A stretch of 64,000 bases of DNA from an uncultured Chitinophagales bacterium (GCA_964642875.1 CAZXRF010000005.1:4043-68042), one strand, 5' to 3'; shown: positions 38,717 to 50,468, numbered from the stretch's first letter. Numbers and translations: made by a program. Notes: generated from the letters alone by a model not told the origin.

Positions 38717-39406
38717 GTGGCAAACCCTCCGAGTAATATACTCTGTATAGAAACAGCAAATACAGTGACTTCTGTTGCTATTTCCAAAAATGGTGTGTGT
38801 GTAGTATTAAAAGAAATTCAAGAACCCAATAAGGCTGCTGATACATTACATCTTTTAATAGAGTCGGCATTAAATGAAGCCGAACTTACTTTTATAAACC
38901 TACATGCTGTGGCGATTAGTGCTGGACCTGGCTCTTACACAGGGCTTCGTATTGCAGCTGCGGCAGCAAAGGGTTACTGCTTTGCATTAAACATCCCGCT
39001 TATTGCTATTCCTACATTACAAGCTATGGTACAAGGTATTATTGAGCGATATCAGCAGAATGATTTTGATATTTATGTACCCATGATTGATGCACGACGC
39101 ATGGAAGTTTTTACTTCCTTTTATGATAATAAACTGAATTGTACCAACTATTTTTCCAGCTTGATTGTAGATACACAATGCAATCAATTATTTGATAATA
39201 GTAAAAAATATATACTTTTTGGAAATGGCGCAGAAAAGACAAAAACAATTCTTTCCTGTACAAATATTCATATTAATACAAATTATATACCAAGCGCATT
39301 GGATTTATGTAAAATCGCTGCTATGGAATTTGCAGAAAATAGATTTCAAGATATTGCTTATTTCGAACCACAATATTACAAGGCATTTCACAGCACTTCA
39401 TATTAA
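38717..39406 (+). CDS. tsaB: tRNA N6-threonylcarbamoyladenosine biosynthesis protein TsaB
   Basis: ILCIETAN, and GPGSYTGLRIAAAAAKG typical of the YeaZ/TsaB ASKHA fold. GTG start. Confidence 0.85.
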   Translation: MANPPSNILCIETANTVTSVAISKNGVCVVLKEIQEPNKAADTLHLLIESALNEAELTFINLHAVAISAGPGSYTGLRIAAAAAKGYCFALNIPLIAIPTLQAMVQGIIERYQQNDFDIYVPMIDARRMEVFTSFYDNKLNCTNYFSSLIVDTQCNQLFDNSKKYILFGNGAEKTKTILSCTNIHINTNYIPSALDLCKIAAMEFAENRFQDIAYFEPQYYKAFHSTSY

Positions 39407-39489
39407 AATTAATCTTCATATTTATTATTTTAAATACGCACTTTAATTAATTATTTACGATTAAAGTTACTTTTATAAAGTTTGGCACG

Positions 39490-39852
39490 ATGTTGGATTG
39501 TAAAAATTTAGGAAATTTTAACATGGAGAAAATGACTTTAAATTCAACAACTTCAGCACCAACTACATTGAATTTTGATTTTCAATTATTGAACAAACCA
39601 TTATTGGTGCTACGCACTATGAATCATCGCCTACGACAAGAGATAATGCATCTTATTCATCGTGAGCAAAAACTGACTGTAACAGACATTTACATAAAAT
39701 TGCGATTAGAACAATCTGTAGCTTCGCAGCACTTATCTTTGCTACGGAAATCTGGTATAGTTATCACATCAAGAGAAGGAAAATTTGTGTACTATTCTAT
39801 CGATTATCTAAGAATAGAAGAACTAACTTATTTGCTACAACAATTTAAATAG
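39490..39852 (+). CDS. ArsR/SmtB-family winged-helix transcriptional regulator
   Basis: LRTMNHRLRQEIMHLI..LTVTDIYIKLRLEQSVASQHLSLLRKSGIV. The start may instead be an internal ATG at 39523 or 39532. Confidence 0.8.
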   Translation: MLDCKNLGNFNMEKMTLNSTTSAPTTLNFDFQLLNKPLLVLRTMNHRLRQEIMHLIHREQKLTVTDIYIKLRLEQSVASQHLSLLRKSGIVITSREGKFVYYSIDYLRIEELTYLLQQFK

Positions 39853-40204
39853 CATGCTCTTTAAAATATTCTATTATCATCTTCTTTAATAAATTCTCTT
39901 GTTGAACAGCATCAAGTTTGGGCATAGTTCTGTTGTATTCATAATGTGGCCATCCATCGATATCATCAGCAATATATATATAGTAATTTGCCTTACTCAA
40001 TAAAGCGCAAACCCCTACGTGCATTAAATCTTGCTTTTGTTCCTTAGAAAATTTCACTTGTGCTTTCCCCAACTCCCGATGTCCAACTAAAAAAGTAATT
40101 GTCTGCACATCGGGTTTTTTACCAAATTGCTTTTCTAAAGATTGTAGAATATGTTGCCAATCTGCTTCGTTATAATTTGTTTCTACTGTTGTCATAATAT
40201 ACAA
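39845..40204 (-). CDS. Hypothetical protein, 119 aa
   Basis: Clean ORF that fills the gap between flanking genes. I recognise no motif. Confidence 0.45.
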   Translation of the reverse strand: MYIMTTVETNYNEADWQHILQSLEKQFGKKPDVQTITFLVGHRELGKAQVKFSKEQKQDLMHVGVCALLSKANYYIYIADDIDGWPHYEYNRTMPKLDAVQQENLLKKMIIEYFKEHAI

Positions 40205-40215
40205 AAATACAATTT

Positions 40216-40983
40216 CTAATCTCTATCTTTCCAAAATGGGTATTTTTTACGATGCAGCAATAATTCAGCAGAAGACAAACTTACTGTCTTAATAATTTCA
40301 TCTTCTCCGAAATCCAATATTTTATTCCCTGAAAAATCAATTACTGCACTTTGCCCGTTATGTGCATTACCATAAAAATCTGTACCCAATCTATTTACAC
40401 CTGCAACGTAGCATTGGTTCTCTATAGCTCTTGCTTGTAATAATAATTTCCAATGATGCACCCGCTTTTTAGGCCAGTTGGCTACATAAATTTGTACATC
40501 TGCATTAGCCTCATTTTGACACCATGCCGGAAACCGAATATCATAACAGATAAAAGGCTGAATTTTCCATCCTTTATAAGGGATTATAATTTTTTCTGTT
40601 CCATGAGTTAATAAATTTTGTTCCCCTACCAAACTAAACAAATGATGCTTATCGTAAGTATAAATTCTATCAGCATCTACCCACAAAAATCTATTAAAAT
40701 ATTTATCTCCGTCTTTAAATAAAATGCTACCACAAATTGTGGTTTGCTTTTTTTGTGCTATCTGGCGCATCCATTGCATGGTATTCCCTTGCATATCCTC
40801 TGCAAGTGATGTATCTTCTACACAAAATGCAGTAGTAAACATTTCAGGAAGGATAAAAATATCAGTAGAAATATTGTGTTGTAAAATTTTATTTTCTATA
40901 GCAGAAAGATTTGCAGTTTTATCTTTCCAAATTAATGGCGTTTGAACCAAAGTAATAGATAAATATTCCTGCATAATTTTCAT
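40216..40983 (-). CDS. Carbon-nitrogen hydrolase (nitrilase superfamily, omega-amidase YafV-like)
   Basis: Glu-Lys-Cys triad context: ILPEMF, YDKHHLF, FICYDIRFP. Confidence 0.88.
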   Translation of the reverse strand: MKIMQEYLSITLVQTPLIWKDKTANLSAIENKILQHNISTDIFILPEMFTTAFCVEDTSLAEDMQGNTMQWMRQIAQKKQTTICGSILFKDGDKYFNRFLWVDADRIYTYDKHHLFSLVGEQNLLTHGTEKIIIPYKGWKIQPFICYDIRFPAWCQNEANADVQIYVANWPKKRVHHWKLLLQARAIENQCYVAGVNRLGTDFYGNAHNGQSAVIDFSGNKILDFGEDEIIKTVSLSSAELLLHRKKYPFWKDRD

Positions 40984-41084
40984 TTACTTTCCAAAAAATA
41001 GATGATAGATAATTACTTTCCAAAGATAAACATATTCAATGCTTGCATTGTTTATTTTTTCTATCTTTAATGAAAATAAATTAG

Positions 41085-43115
<2,031 letters not shown>

Positions 43116-43131
43116 ATACTATCTCTATAGA

Positions 43132-43170
43132 AAAAACAAGATGAAGTCTGGTATTTCATCTTGTTTTTTA
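43132..43170. terminator. Rho-independent terminator (15-bp stem including A/T tracts)
   Basis: aaaaaacaagatgaa-gtctggtat-ttcatcttgtttttt, followed by atttt. Confidence 0.8.
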
Positions 43171-43313
43171 TTTTTAACAAAATTTACTATAATCTTTCCA
43201 GCGGGTTTCTGGAATATGGTTTAAATTGAATTCTCAAAAGCAGAAAATTGCCAATTTTGTTTTTTGCTATTATAATTTTTATTAAACGACATTTTTCACT
43301 AAAAATATATGTT

Positions 43314-43547
43314 ATGAAAATTATCACCATTGCCGTTCCCGAAGATGAAATGCTTGTATTAGATGCATTTTTACAACAAACCAATATTATGGTTTTGAAT
43401 GAACATGAAGACCAAGAAGAGTCATTTTCTTATGAAATGGATATCGAAGAAACCGATGCAACTTCAGAAGATGTTTTAAAAGTAATGGGACAAATAGAAC
43501 GAGAATTAGAGGAGGAAATTTGGAAATTGCATCACTTTGTTGAGTAG
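43314..43547 (+). CDS. Small acidic hypothetical protein, 77 aa
   Basis: ORF starting at ATG MKIITIAVPEDEML, very D/E-rich, no recognisable motif. The upstream 22 codons of the tracked ORF look like non-coding AT-rich sequence. Confidence 0.3.
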   Translation: MKIITIAVPEDEMLVLDAFLQQTNIMVLNEHEDQEESFSYEMDIEETDATSEDVLKVMGQIERELEEEIWKLHHFVE

Positions 43548-43663
43548 TTAAATACATCACTTTTTTATAATTGAACCTAAGTATTTACTATGTAAATACA
43601 ATATAATTATAAGAGATTTGAGGCCTATTTGGATTCTATTTTATAGACTGCAATATAGAAAGT

Positions 43664-45310
43664 TTACTCCCAAACTATTATGGCTTTGTTGTTGTACCAT
43701 TTTTCATAATTAGGTGCTTTTGCTTTTTCTAATATGTTGCGTTTAACTTTTAGCGTAGGCGTTAGCAAATTATTATCCACTGTCCATTCTTCTTGCATGA
43801 TAATAACTTTTTTCATCTTCTCATGTTTTTCTAAGCTATGGTTTACATCTACCAATAAATCTTCCAAGCTTTTTTCTACGGCACCCTTTTCTTCTTTCTT
43901 TGCATCTTCTGATAGCACTATTAGCGCCATAGTTTGAGGCAAATTGGCCCCTACTACGCATACTTGTTCTATAAAAGTATTTTTAGATAATTCTAACTCT
44001 ATCGGTGCGGGTGCCACATATTTTCCTTTATCCGTTTTAAAAATATCTTTTACCCGTCCTGTAATTTTCAAAAAGCCGTTTTCATCAATTTCACCTTGGT
44101 CGCCGGTACAGAGATATCCATCTTCAGAAATTGTTTCTTTGGTTTTTTCTGGTTCTTTATAATATCCCAACATCGTACATTCATTCTTTACTTGTATTTC
44201 GCCTTCTTCAGATAATCGCACATCGCAATTTGGTAGCGGTGTACCCACATATCCGAGTCTTCGATTTTCTCTTCTTGTTAAATGCGAATAAGCGCAATTT
44301 TCTGTCATAGCATACGCTTCGCAAATAGTAAATCCGAGTTTGTCGTACCATTCTAATAATGCTACCGACATTGGCGATGCGCCGGTTAGTAAATATTTAG
44401 CATGTTGCAATCCCAAACCTTCTTTTATTTTTTTACGGATAAGATTATTTACCACCGGAATTTTTAATAATATATTCAATTTAGATTGTGGCATTTTGGA
44501 CAAAATGCCCATTTGAAATTTTGTCCAGATGCGCGGCACTGCCAAGAAAACAGTAGGTTGGGTGTCTTTTAAATTTGCTGCAAATGTATCCAATGATTCT
44601 GCAAATGAAATAGAACCACCCGTATAAATTGCCCCTTGCTCTACCAACATACGCTCTGCAATGTGTGATAAGGGCAAGTACGAAAAGAAACGCTCATTAT
44701 TGCTCAAGTCATTTAATTGTGAAAGTGCCCACGTAGCAGCATACGAGTAAGCATGCACAGCATGCACTACACCCTTCGGCAAGCCAGTAGTTCCGGAGGT
44801 ATAAATGATAGTACCGATGGATTTTCTATCAGGAATAATGTTTCCTTGCAAAGGCGGTGTTTTAGCAATTATGTCGTCCCAATTTTCGTAACCTTGTTCT
44901 GTCCACAAGGGATAAGAAATACCTTTAACATTATCAGGAAGACCGGAGCGCTGTTTGCTCCAATCGTCTAATTTTCCAATAAAGGCCACTTTTGCTTCAC
45001 AGTGTTCCAAACAAAACCGGATAATATCTGCCGGAATAGTTGGGTATAAAGGAACCGAAACATGCCCTGCCATTAAAATTGCCAAATCACTCATTATCCA
45101 GTGGGCGCAGTTTTTAGATATAATGGCAATCTTACTTTGAGGTGGCAATTGCAACGACACTAAATATGCCGCCATTCTTCGTATTTCATCGTCTGCTTTT
45201 TTCCATGAATAATGTATCCAATTGCCCTGAAATGGCTGGCGTAAGAAAGTTACATCAGGCTTTTGTGCAGTCCATTGATATAATTTTTCTAAAGGTGTTT
45301 CGATAATCAT
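43664..45310 (-). CDS. AMP-dependent acyl-CoA synthetase (long-chain fatty acid--CoA ligase-like)
   Basis: AMP-binding motif IIYTSGTTGLPKGVVH, plus TGDQGEIDENGFLKITGRVKD. Confidence 0.9.
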   Translation of the reverse strand: MIIETPLEKLYQWTAQKPDVTFLRQPFQGNWIHYSWKKADDEIRRMAAYLVSLQLPPQSKIAIISKNCAHWIMSDLAILMAGHVSVPLYPTIPADIIRFCLEHCEAKVAFIGKLDDWSKQRSGLPDNVKGISYPLWTEQGYENWDDIIAKTPPLQGNIIPDRKSIGTIIYTSGTTGLPKGVVHAVHAYSYAATWALSQLNDLSNNERFFSYLPLSHIAERMLVEQGAIYTGGSISFAESLDTFAANLKDTQPTVFLAVPRIWTKFQMGILSKMPQSKLNILLKIPVVNNLIRKKIKEGLGLQHAKYLLTGASPMSVALLEWYDKLGFTICEAYAMTENCAYSHLTRRENRRLGYVGTPLPNCDVRLSEEGEIQVKNECTMLGYYKEPEKTKETISEDGYLCTGDQGEIDENGFLKITGRVKDIFKTDKGKYVAPAPIELELSKNTFIEQVCVVGANLPQTMALIVLSEDAKKEEKGAVEKSLEDLLVDVNHSLEKHEKMKKVIIMQEEWTVDNNLLTPTLKVKRNILEKAKAPNYEKWYNNKAIIVWE

Positions 45311-45445
45311 GAATGAAGTTTTATTGATTTTGCAAATAAGCTTATTTATATAAATATACAGAAAGAAAGGAAAGAATTACCTATAAATGCAAGAAAATAA
45401 AAGCAGCATTGTAAATAAGTAAAAATATTTGTTGAATTTTACATT

Positions 45446-46252
45446 ATGAAGCAGCTTTCATCTTTATCCAATCCTTTAATAAAGAAAATTTTGCATTTGC
45501 AAGAAAAATCAAAAGTGCGTAAAGAAGAGCATGTATTTGTAATTGATGGATGGAAAGAAACACAAATGGCATTGGAGAATGGTTTTATGCTAGAGCTAAT
45601 TTTATGTGCTCAAGATGCAGCAAATAGTTTACAGCTTTCTGAGATAGAATCTGTTTTAAATACATTTCACTCCAAGGCCGAAATTATTCAAGTATCGGAG
45701 GCTGTTTTCGATAAAATTTCGGTACGAGGAAACACGTCGAAAGTGGTGGCAGTTGCGCAGCAAAAAGAACACACGCTCAGCCAAATTACACTTTCCAAAA
45801 ATCCTGTTATATTGGTGTTAGATGCGGTAGAAAAGCCGGGAAATTTAGGTGCTATTTTGCGCGTGGCAGATGCCGGAAATGTAGATGCTGTTTTATGTTG
45901 TGCTATTGCTACTGATATTTACAATCCGAATGTAATACGGTCTTCTGTAGGTTGTATTTTTACGCAAAATATTGCTGTGGCTGACAAAAATGATATTTAT
46001 AATTTTTTGAAAGAAAATAATATTTCTATTTATACCACATCGTTAAAGTCTTCTAAAAATTATTTAGAGATAGATTATAAAAAATCAAGTGCGTTTGTTT
46101 TTGGCACTGAGGCTGTAGGTGTAGATGCATTCTGGGAAACACATTCCACGCAAAACATTATTATTCCGATGCGTGGGCAGAATGATTCTTTAAATGTTTC
46201 TAATACGGCTGCTATTGTGTTGTTTGAGGCACTGCGACAGCGAAATATATAG
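45446..46252 (+). CDS. TrmH/SpoU-family RNA 2'-O-methyltransferase
   Basis: SPOUT motifs VLDAVEKPGNLGAILRVADAGN, FVFGTEAVGV and LNVSNTAAIVLFE. Confidence 0.88.
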   Translation: MKQLSSLSNPLIKKILHLQEKSKVRKEEHVFVIDGWKETQMALENGFMLELILCAQDAANSLQLSEIESVLNTFHSKAEIIQVSEAVFDKISVRGNTSKVVAVAQQKEHTLSQITLSKNPVILVLDAVEKPGNLGAILRVADAGNVDAVLCCAIATDIYNPNVIRSSVGCIFTQNIAVADKNDIYNFLKENNISIYTTSLKSSKNYLEIDYKKSSAFVFGTEAVGVDAFWETHSTQNIIIPMRGQNDSLNVSNTAAIVLFEALRQRNI

Positions 46253-46257
46253 CTTTG

Positions 46258-46626
46258 TTATTTTGTTGCTCTTACAATCAGCCCGAACTTACTGGTCATT
46301 CTCAAAACAGTTGTTGTCAATGTATCCATCGTCCAATTATTACCGCCGCTGATTACATTGGAAGCACCACCGGTTTTTGTAAAAGTAAGAGAGCTACCCG
46401 ATTGTACGTATGTATCTTGTTCTGAAAAACCATAAGTAGAGCAATTGAAATTTAAGGTAGAAGCTGTAAATACTAAAGTTCCTGATGCAGGCGCTCCGTC
46501 CCAGAGTTGCAGGTTCCAATTGCCCGCAACAGAAGGTGTTGTAGATTTTGTATCGTTTTTCTTACAAGCATTTAACCCTAATAGTACAATTACTAAAGCG
46601 ATGAAAATTGATGTAGATGTTTTCAT
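46258..46626 (-). CDS. Small lipoprotein, lipocalin-like
   Basis: Lipobox LLGLNAC after the internal ATG (MKTSTS), followed by a beta-rich Thr/Ser/Gly sequence. No catalytic motif. Confidence 0.5.
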   Translation of the reverse strand: MKTSTSIFIALVIVLLGLNACKKNDTKSTTPSVAGNWNLQLWDGAPASGTLVFTASTLNFNCSTYGFSEQDTYVQSGSSLTFTKTGGASNVISGGNNWTMDTLTTTVLRMTSKFGLIVRATK

Positions 46627-46719
46627 AATTTTTTTGTGTAAAGTTATATTTTGTAGAATTGATATCAATACCGATATCATGGTATTTTTAAATAATCGCC
46701 TCTTTCTCCAAGGCGATAA

Positions 46720-49689
46720 TTAAATAGTTTCTATTCGTTTTATTTCGTCAGCATTCAACTCGTAAAGTTCGTAAACGATTTGATTGATTTTATCTTCTGC
46801 GTGGTCAATTCTGTTGTTAATCATTTCAAGTTGATTCGGCAAAGTTGCATTTTGCTTGTCTTTATTAAGTTGTAAAAGTTGTTCAACGTATTTGATGATT
46901 TCGGTTTGTTGTTTTTCGCTAACACCCTTAGGAATAGGCAACTGCTCTACATGTTGTTTTTTTACTTCTGCTAAAGCTTCCCCACGCTCTGGATTGATTT
47001 GCTGATAATAAAAGTCGGTGAGTTTAGAGTTTAAAATCCCAAGAATAAACTTGTGATCTATTTCGTTTGAAATTATGATGTGCAAGTTTTTTCTACAAAT
47101 AATATTAGCACCAATTATTGTAGCAATAATTCTATCGCTAGTTTGACGAACAATAATTTTTTCATTTGCTTCAAAAATCTTAGAATCTCTCGGTGCGCCA
47201 AGCCATTCACCATAATCAACCCAATAATTATCCCTCCAATAATCAACATATCTATTCATTAAACTGCCTCGCATTAATGGCAACCAATTCTTGCCATTTG
47301 GTTTTTCATTACTATCACTATGATATGGCTTATCTTTCATTATTTCCGCTGTCTGGGGTGGGCTTCCTTTTCCTTTTTCATACAATGTAATTCCTGAATA
47401 AGTTTTAGCTATGTTCGCAACGGTTAATGAGCAATTTTTTATTTTTTCAAACAGCTTTTTTTCTTTTTCATTCGCTAAAATATTGATGATATCGCCATTG
47501 TCTGGTAGTTTATTTTGGTCGATGATATGTAGCAGCGTAATTTCTTTTTTCTCAAAGACATCAATTACAACATCATAATTTTTAATGTAATTATTGCGCT
47601 CAAAAATAAGTACATGTGTATCTACAACTGCTTTAAAAATGTGTTCTTTAATATGCAATATTCGTTCCCAATAAAAATCATTTAGCAAGTATTTCCTAAT
47701 GTTTCTGAATTTGATACTTTGTAGCCACGTATTTGGAATAATAACCCCTAATTTTCCACCTGTAACCAATAAATTTTTATATTGTTCCAAGAAGAGTAAA
47801 TACAAATCTTGTTGATAATCCTGATGGACAAACTTTTTATTGAAGTAGTCAAAGATATTTTTATCGGCTACTTTTACATAAGGTGGGTTTCCAATAATAC
47901 AATCAAAACCACCATTCTGTTTTTTATTAAACGCTGTAATAGGTTCTTCTACAACAAATTGAGCAATAAAATCTTGTGTATCGTCTTCTAATTGTTTTAC
48001 TTTATCGTATTGTTTTTTAAACGGCAGTCGTTTGTCTATTTCTACATTTCTATTAAACACTTCTGGAAATGCTTTTTGCCACGAGAATGGCTTTATTTTT
48101 CGCTCTTCAAACTCAAACTGACCATCATAATAATCCAAATCAATTAAACTGTTTCCGCTTTTAATATTGTTGTCTAAAGTGGGTAAAATACGGTCGTGAA
48201 AAAGTTTGGTTTGTGCTTCAATGGTTTCTTTGGTTTCACCTTCCATGCATTTCAAAAGCAAACTCAACTTTGTTACTTCCACTGCATTATTATCTAAATC
48301 CACTCCGTAAATATTGTTGAGCAAAATGCGTTTTTTCTCGGCTGTGGTGAGTTCGCCTGTTGGTGTCAACACATCATTTTTGCTACCTTTAATTGTCAAT
48401 TTCCCATTCTCTGGTTTCAATTTATTATAAAAATCTTTATGCCAATTCAATAAAAACTGATACGCACCAATCAAAAAGCTGCCGCTGCCGCAAGCAGGGT
48501 CACAAATTTTTAGTTGGCTTATCTCTTTCGGTGTTTTGTTTTCTACTAATTTATCGATGGTGTTTTTTACAATGTATTCCACAATATATTGCGGTGTGTA
48601 ATAAACGCCACCGGCTTTTCTTACTTCGGGTTTTTCTTCAATGGTGGCTTTGCCACTTTTTGAAAGTGTAATTTGTTTGCCCAAAAATTGTTCGTAAGCA
48701 CTTCCCAAAATTTCTACGCTTAAAACCGAAAACTCGTAAGGGCAAATTGGATAGTAAAGTTCAGAAATTATATTCTTGACAACTTTGTTGTCTATGGTAA
48801 TTTTATCGCTGATTTTGTCTTTGCGAAAATCAAATAATCCTGAATTGTATTTCTGGTCTGCAATATGAAAACGCTGTAAAAGGTTTTGATAGAAATCGCC
48901 GCTTTTAATACAATCTTGCAAATCTCCGTAACGTTCGGCACTTCTATCTTCAGCAATTCTTAAAAATATAATTCTGTCAATAGTATGTTGCACGATAAAA
49001 TTTAGTTCATCTTCATTTATATTTTTGTTGCGCAAAGCAATGTTTACAGCAAGTTCCACCCGCCATTTGTCCAATGATTGCAAAAACTCGGCATCAACGG
49101 TGGTGGTGCCTTTTTTATTTTTGTCGTTGGTGATGTATTTGTCAAAACTTCCCTTTAATACATATTCTTTGGAGAACGTCTGCCAAATAAAATCAAACTC
49201 CTTTAGATAATCTAAATACGTCAGATACTTTATTCTTCCATTGCTTGCCTTATCGGTTTCTTTTGGTTTGGTGGAACAATCGTAAATGGCAAATTCTTCA
49301 AAATCGGTGATAACAGAAATTGGCATTTTTGCACTCCAACCATACCTGCGAACTTGGTAAGCCGGTGCAATTTCATCTTTGATTACAACGCTCGGCTTTT
49401 TGGCTTCGAGGAAAAACAAACGCTTGCCGCCAGCCAATCGAAATGAATAATCGGGTGCTTTGGTTGCGCCGCCCACTTTTACTCTGTCTTCGTGAATTAC
49501 TTCGCGGTAACTTTCGGCACAACCGCTTTCGTTGTCCACGTCCCAGCCGAGAGCTTTCCAAAATGGGTCGATAAAATCACGTCTGGTTTGTGTTTCGTTA
49601 TATTCTCCCTTTTTGTAATACTCAATTTGTTCATTAAATCGTTCGACTAATGATTTGATTTTCTCCAATGCCTGTTCCTTCGTTACCAT
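46720..49689 (-). CDS. Type IIG restriction-modification enzyme (N-terminal PD-(D/E)xK nuclease, gamma-class N6-adenine methyltransferase, C-terminal specificity domain)
   Basis: Nuclease block APDYSF...LFFLEAKKP, SAM motif I CDPACGSGSFLIGA, and motif IV IIGNPPYVKV. It is 989 aa on one polypeptide, and there is no separate hsdS/hsdM/hsdR nearby. Confidence 0.85.
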   Translation of the reverse strand: MVTKEQALEKIKSLVERFNEQIEYYKKGEYNETQTRRDFIDPFWKALGWDVDNESGCAESYREVIHEDRVKVGGATKAPDYSFRLAGGKRLFFLEAKKPSVVIKDEIAPAYQVRRYGWSAKMPISVITDFEEFAIYDCSTKPKETDKASNGRIKYLTYLDYLKEFDFIWQTFSKEYVLKGSFDKYITNDKNKKGTTTVDAEFLQSLDKWRVELAVNIALRNKNINEDELNFIVQHTIDRIIFLRIAEDRSAERYGDLQDCIKSGDFYQNLLQRFHIADQKYNSGLFDFRKDKISDKITIDNKVVKNIISELYYPICPYEFSVLSVEILGSAYEQFLGKQITLSKSGKATIEEKPEVRKAGGVYYTPQYIVEYIVKNTIDKLVENKTPKEISQLKICDPACGSGSFLIGAYQFLLNWHKDFYNKLKPENGKLTIKGSKNDVLTPTGELTTAEKKRILLNNIYGVDLDNNAVEVTKLSLLLKCMEGETKETIEAQTKLFHDRILPTLDNNIKSGNSLIDLDYYDGQFEFEERKIKPFSWQKAFPEVFNRNVEIDKRLPFKKQYDKVKQLEDDTQDFIAQFVVEEPITAFNKKQNGGFDCIIGNPPYVKVADKNIFDYFNKKFVHQDYQQDLYLLFLEQYKNLLVTGGKLGVIIPNTWLQSIKFRNIRKYLLNDFYWERILHIKEHIFKAVVDTHVLIFERNNYIKNYDVVIDVFEKKEITLLHIIDQNKLPDNGDIINILANEKEKKLFEKIKNCSLTVANIAKTYSGITLYEKGKGSPPQTAEIMKDKPYHSDSNEKPNGKNWLPLMRGSLMNRYVDYWRDNYWVDYGEWLGAPRDSKIFEANEKIIVRQTSDRIIATIIGANIICRKNLHIIISNEIDHKFILGILNSKLTDFYYQQINPERGEALAEVKKQHVEQLPIPKGVSEKQQTEIIKYVEQLLQLNKDKQNATLPNQLEMINNRIDHAEDKINQIVYELYELNADEIKRIETI

Positions 49690-49745
49690 TTTGCTAATTT
49701 ACAAAAAAGGCGATAAACAAATCGGTTATAAATGACAGAACACCA

Positions 49746-49786
49746 AAAGCCCGAATACTCATTTATAAAGCCCGAATACTCATTTA
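49746..49786. repeat. Perfect 20-nt direct tandem repeat (period 21) in the divergent promoter region
   Basis: aaagcccgaatactcattta occurs at 49746-49765 and again at 49767-49786. The repeat lies between the R-M gene start (49689, minus) and the collagen-like gene start (49840, plus). Confidence 0.9.
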
Positions 49787-49839
49787 ATCTATTATTGTTT
49801 TACCAAATACGCATATTTATAGCAATAAAATAATAAATT

Positions 49840-50391
49840 ATGAAAAACCTAACAAAAGCTTTATGCTTATTTGCAATATTATTTGCGATAGCATGTACAA
49901 AAGAAGGCCCTAAAGGCCCTAAAGGAGATCCGGGTGCTAATGGCATTAACGGTATTAACGGTACTAACGGTACTAACGGTACCAATGGAAAAGACGGAAA
50001 TGCCAATGTTATCTATTCGGATTGGAATAATTGCACACCAACCAATACCTTTTCACGAGATGGCTATTTTTTCAAACGGTTTACTTTTTTGGGTGACCAA
50101 AATAGCACCGACAGCACCAGCGCAATATTAAAATATATGCGTATTAAATTTACAAATGGCGTTATCACTACCGGCTATCAAATTCCATTTGAATATCAAG
50201 TGATGAGATACACCTCATGGTACACGGGTGAGTTTTTAGCAAGAATGAATGCCGCCACCGATGATAATGGAATTGCAGGTTATCAGGTAAGAACAGTGTT
50301 AATTAAAGGTAGTACCCATTTACGATTATCGAAGCCACTGACCCAAATGACTTACGATGAAATATGCGAATTATATAGTATTCCTAAATAA
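49840..50391 (+). CDS. Lipoprotein with a collagen-like G-X-Y repeat
   Basis: Lipobox LFAIAC followed by 11 uninterrupted G-X-Y triplets (GPKGPKGDPGANGINGINGTNGTNGTNGKDGNA), then a globular C-terminal domain of about 125 aa. Confidence 0.7.
   Translation: MKNLTKALCLFAILFAIACTKEGPKGPKGDPGANGINGINGTNGTNGTNGKDGNANVIYSDWNNCTPTNTFSRDGYFFKRFTFLGDQNSTDSTSAILKYMRIKFTNGVITTGYQIPFEYQVMRYTSWYTGEFLARMNAATDDNGIAGYQVRTVLIKGSTHLRLSKPLTQMTYDEICELYSIPK
49906..50004 (+). repeat. 9-bp periodic coding repeat (GXY triplets; aacggtayt units)
   Basis: ggcattaacggtattaacggtactaacggtactaacggtaccaatgga. These are near-identical adjacent 9-mers. Confidence 0.85.
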
Positions 50392-50440
50392 CGTTATTCG
50401 GTGTGTTGTAAAACCACTGTATGCAAAGTGTTTTTTTCAA

Positions 50441-50468
50441 GGCTGCCCGTAGGGCAGTCTTTTTTTTG
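50441..50468. terminator. Rho-independent terminator between convergent genes
   Basis: ggctgccc-gta-gggcagtc followed by tttttttt. Confidence 0.7.

Noticed and set aside
46693-46720. Hairpin atcgcc-11 nt-ggcgat just downstream of the R-M gene stop, considered as a terminator
   Set aside because: The stem is only 6 bp with a large loop, and no U-tract follows on the minus-strand transcript. This is too weak to annotate.
49800-50006. Minus-strand ORF encoding a PLVPLVPLVPLIPLMPL repeat
   Set aside because: It is the antisense image of the collagen-like GXY repeat. The plus-strand ORF has a lipobox and a globular domain, whereas the minus ORF has no supporting context.
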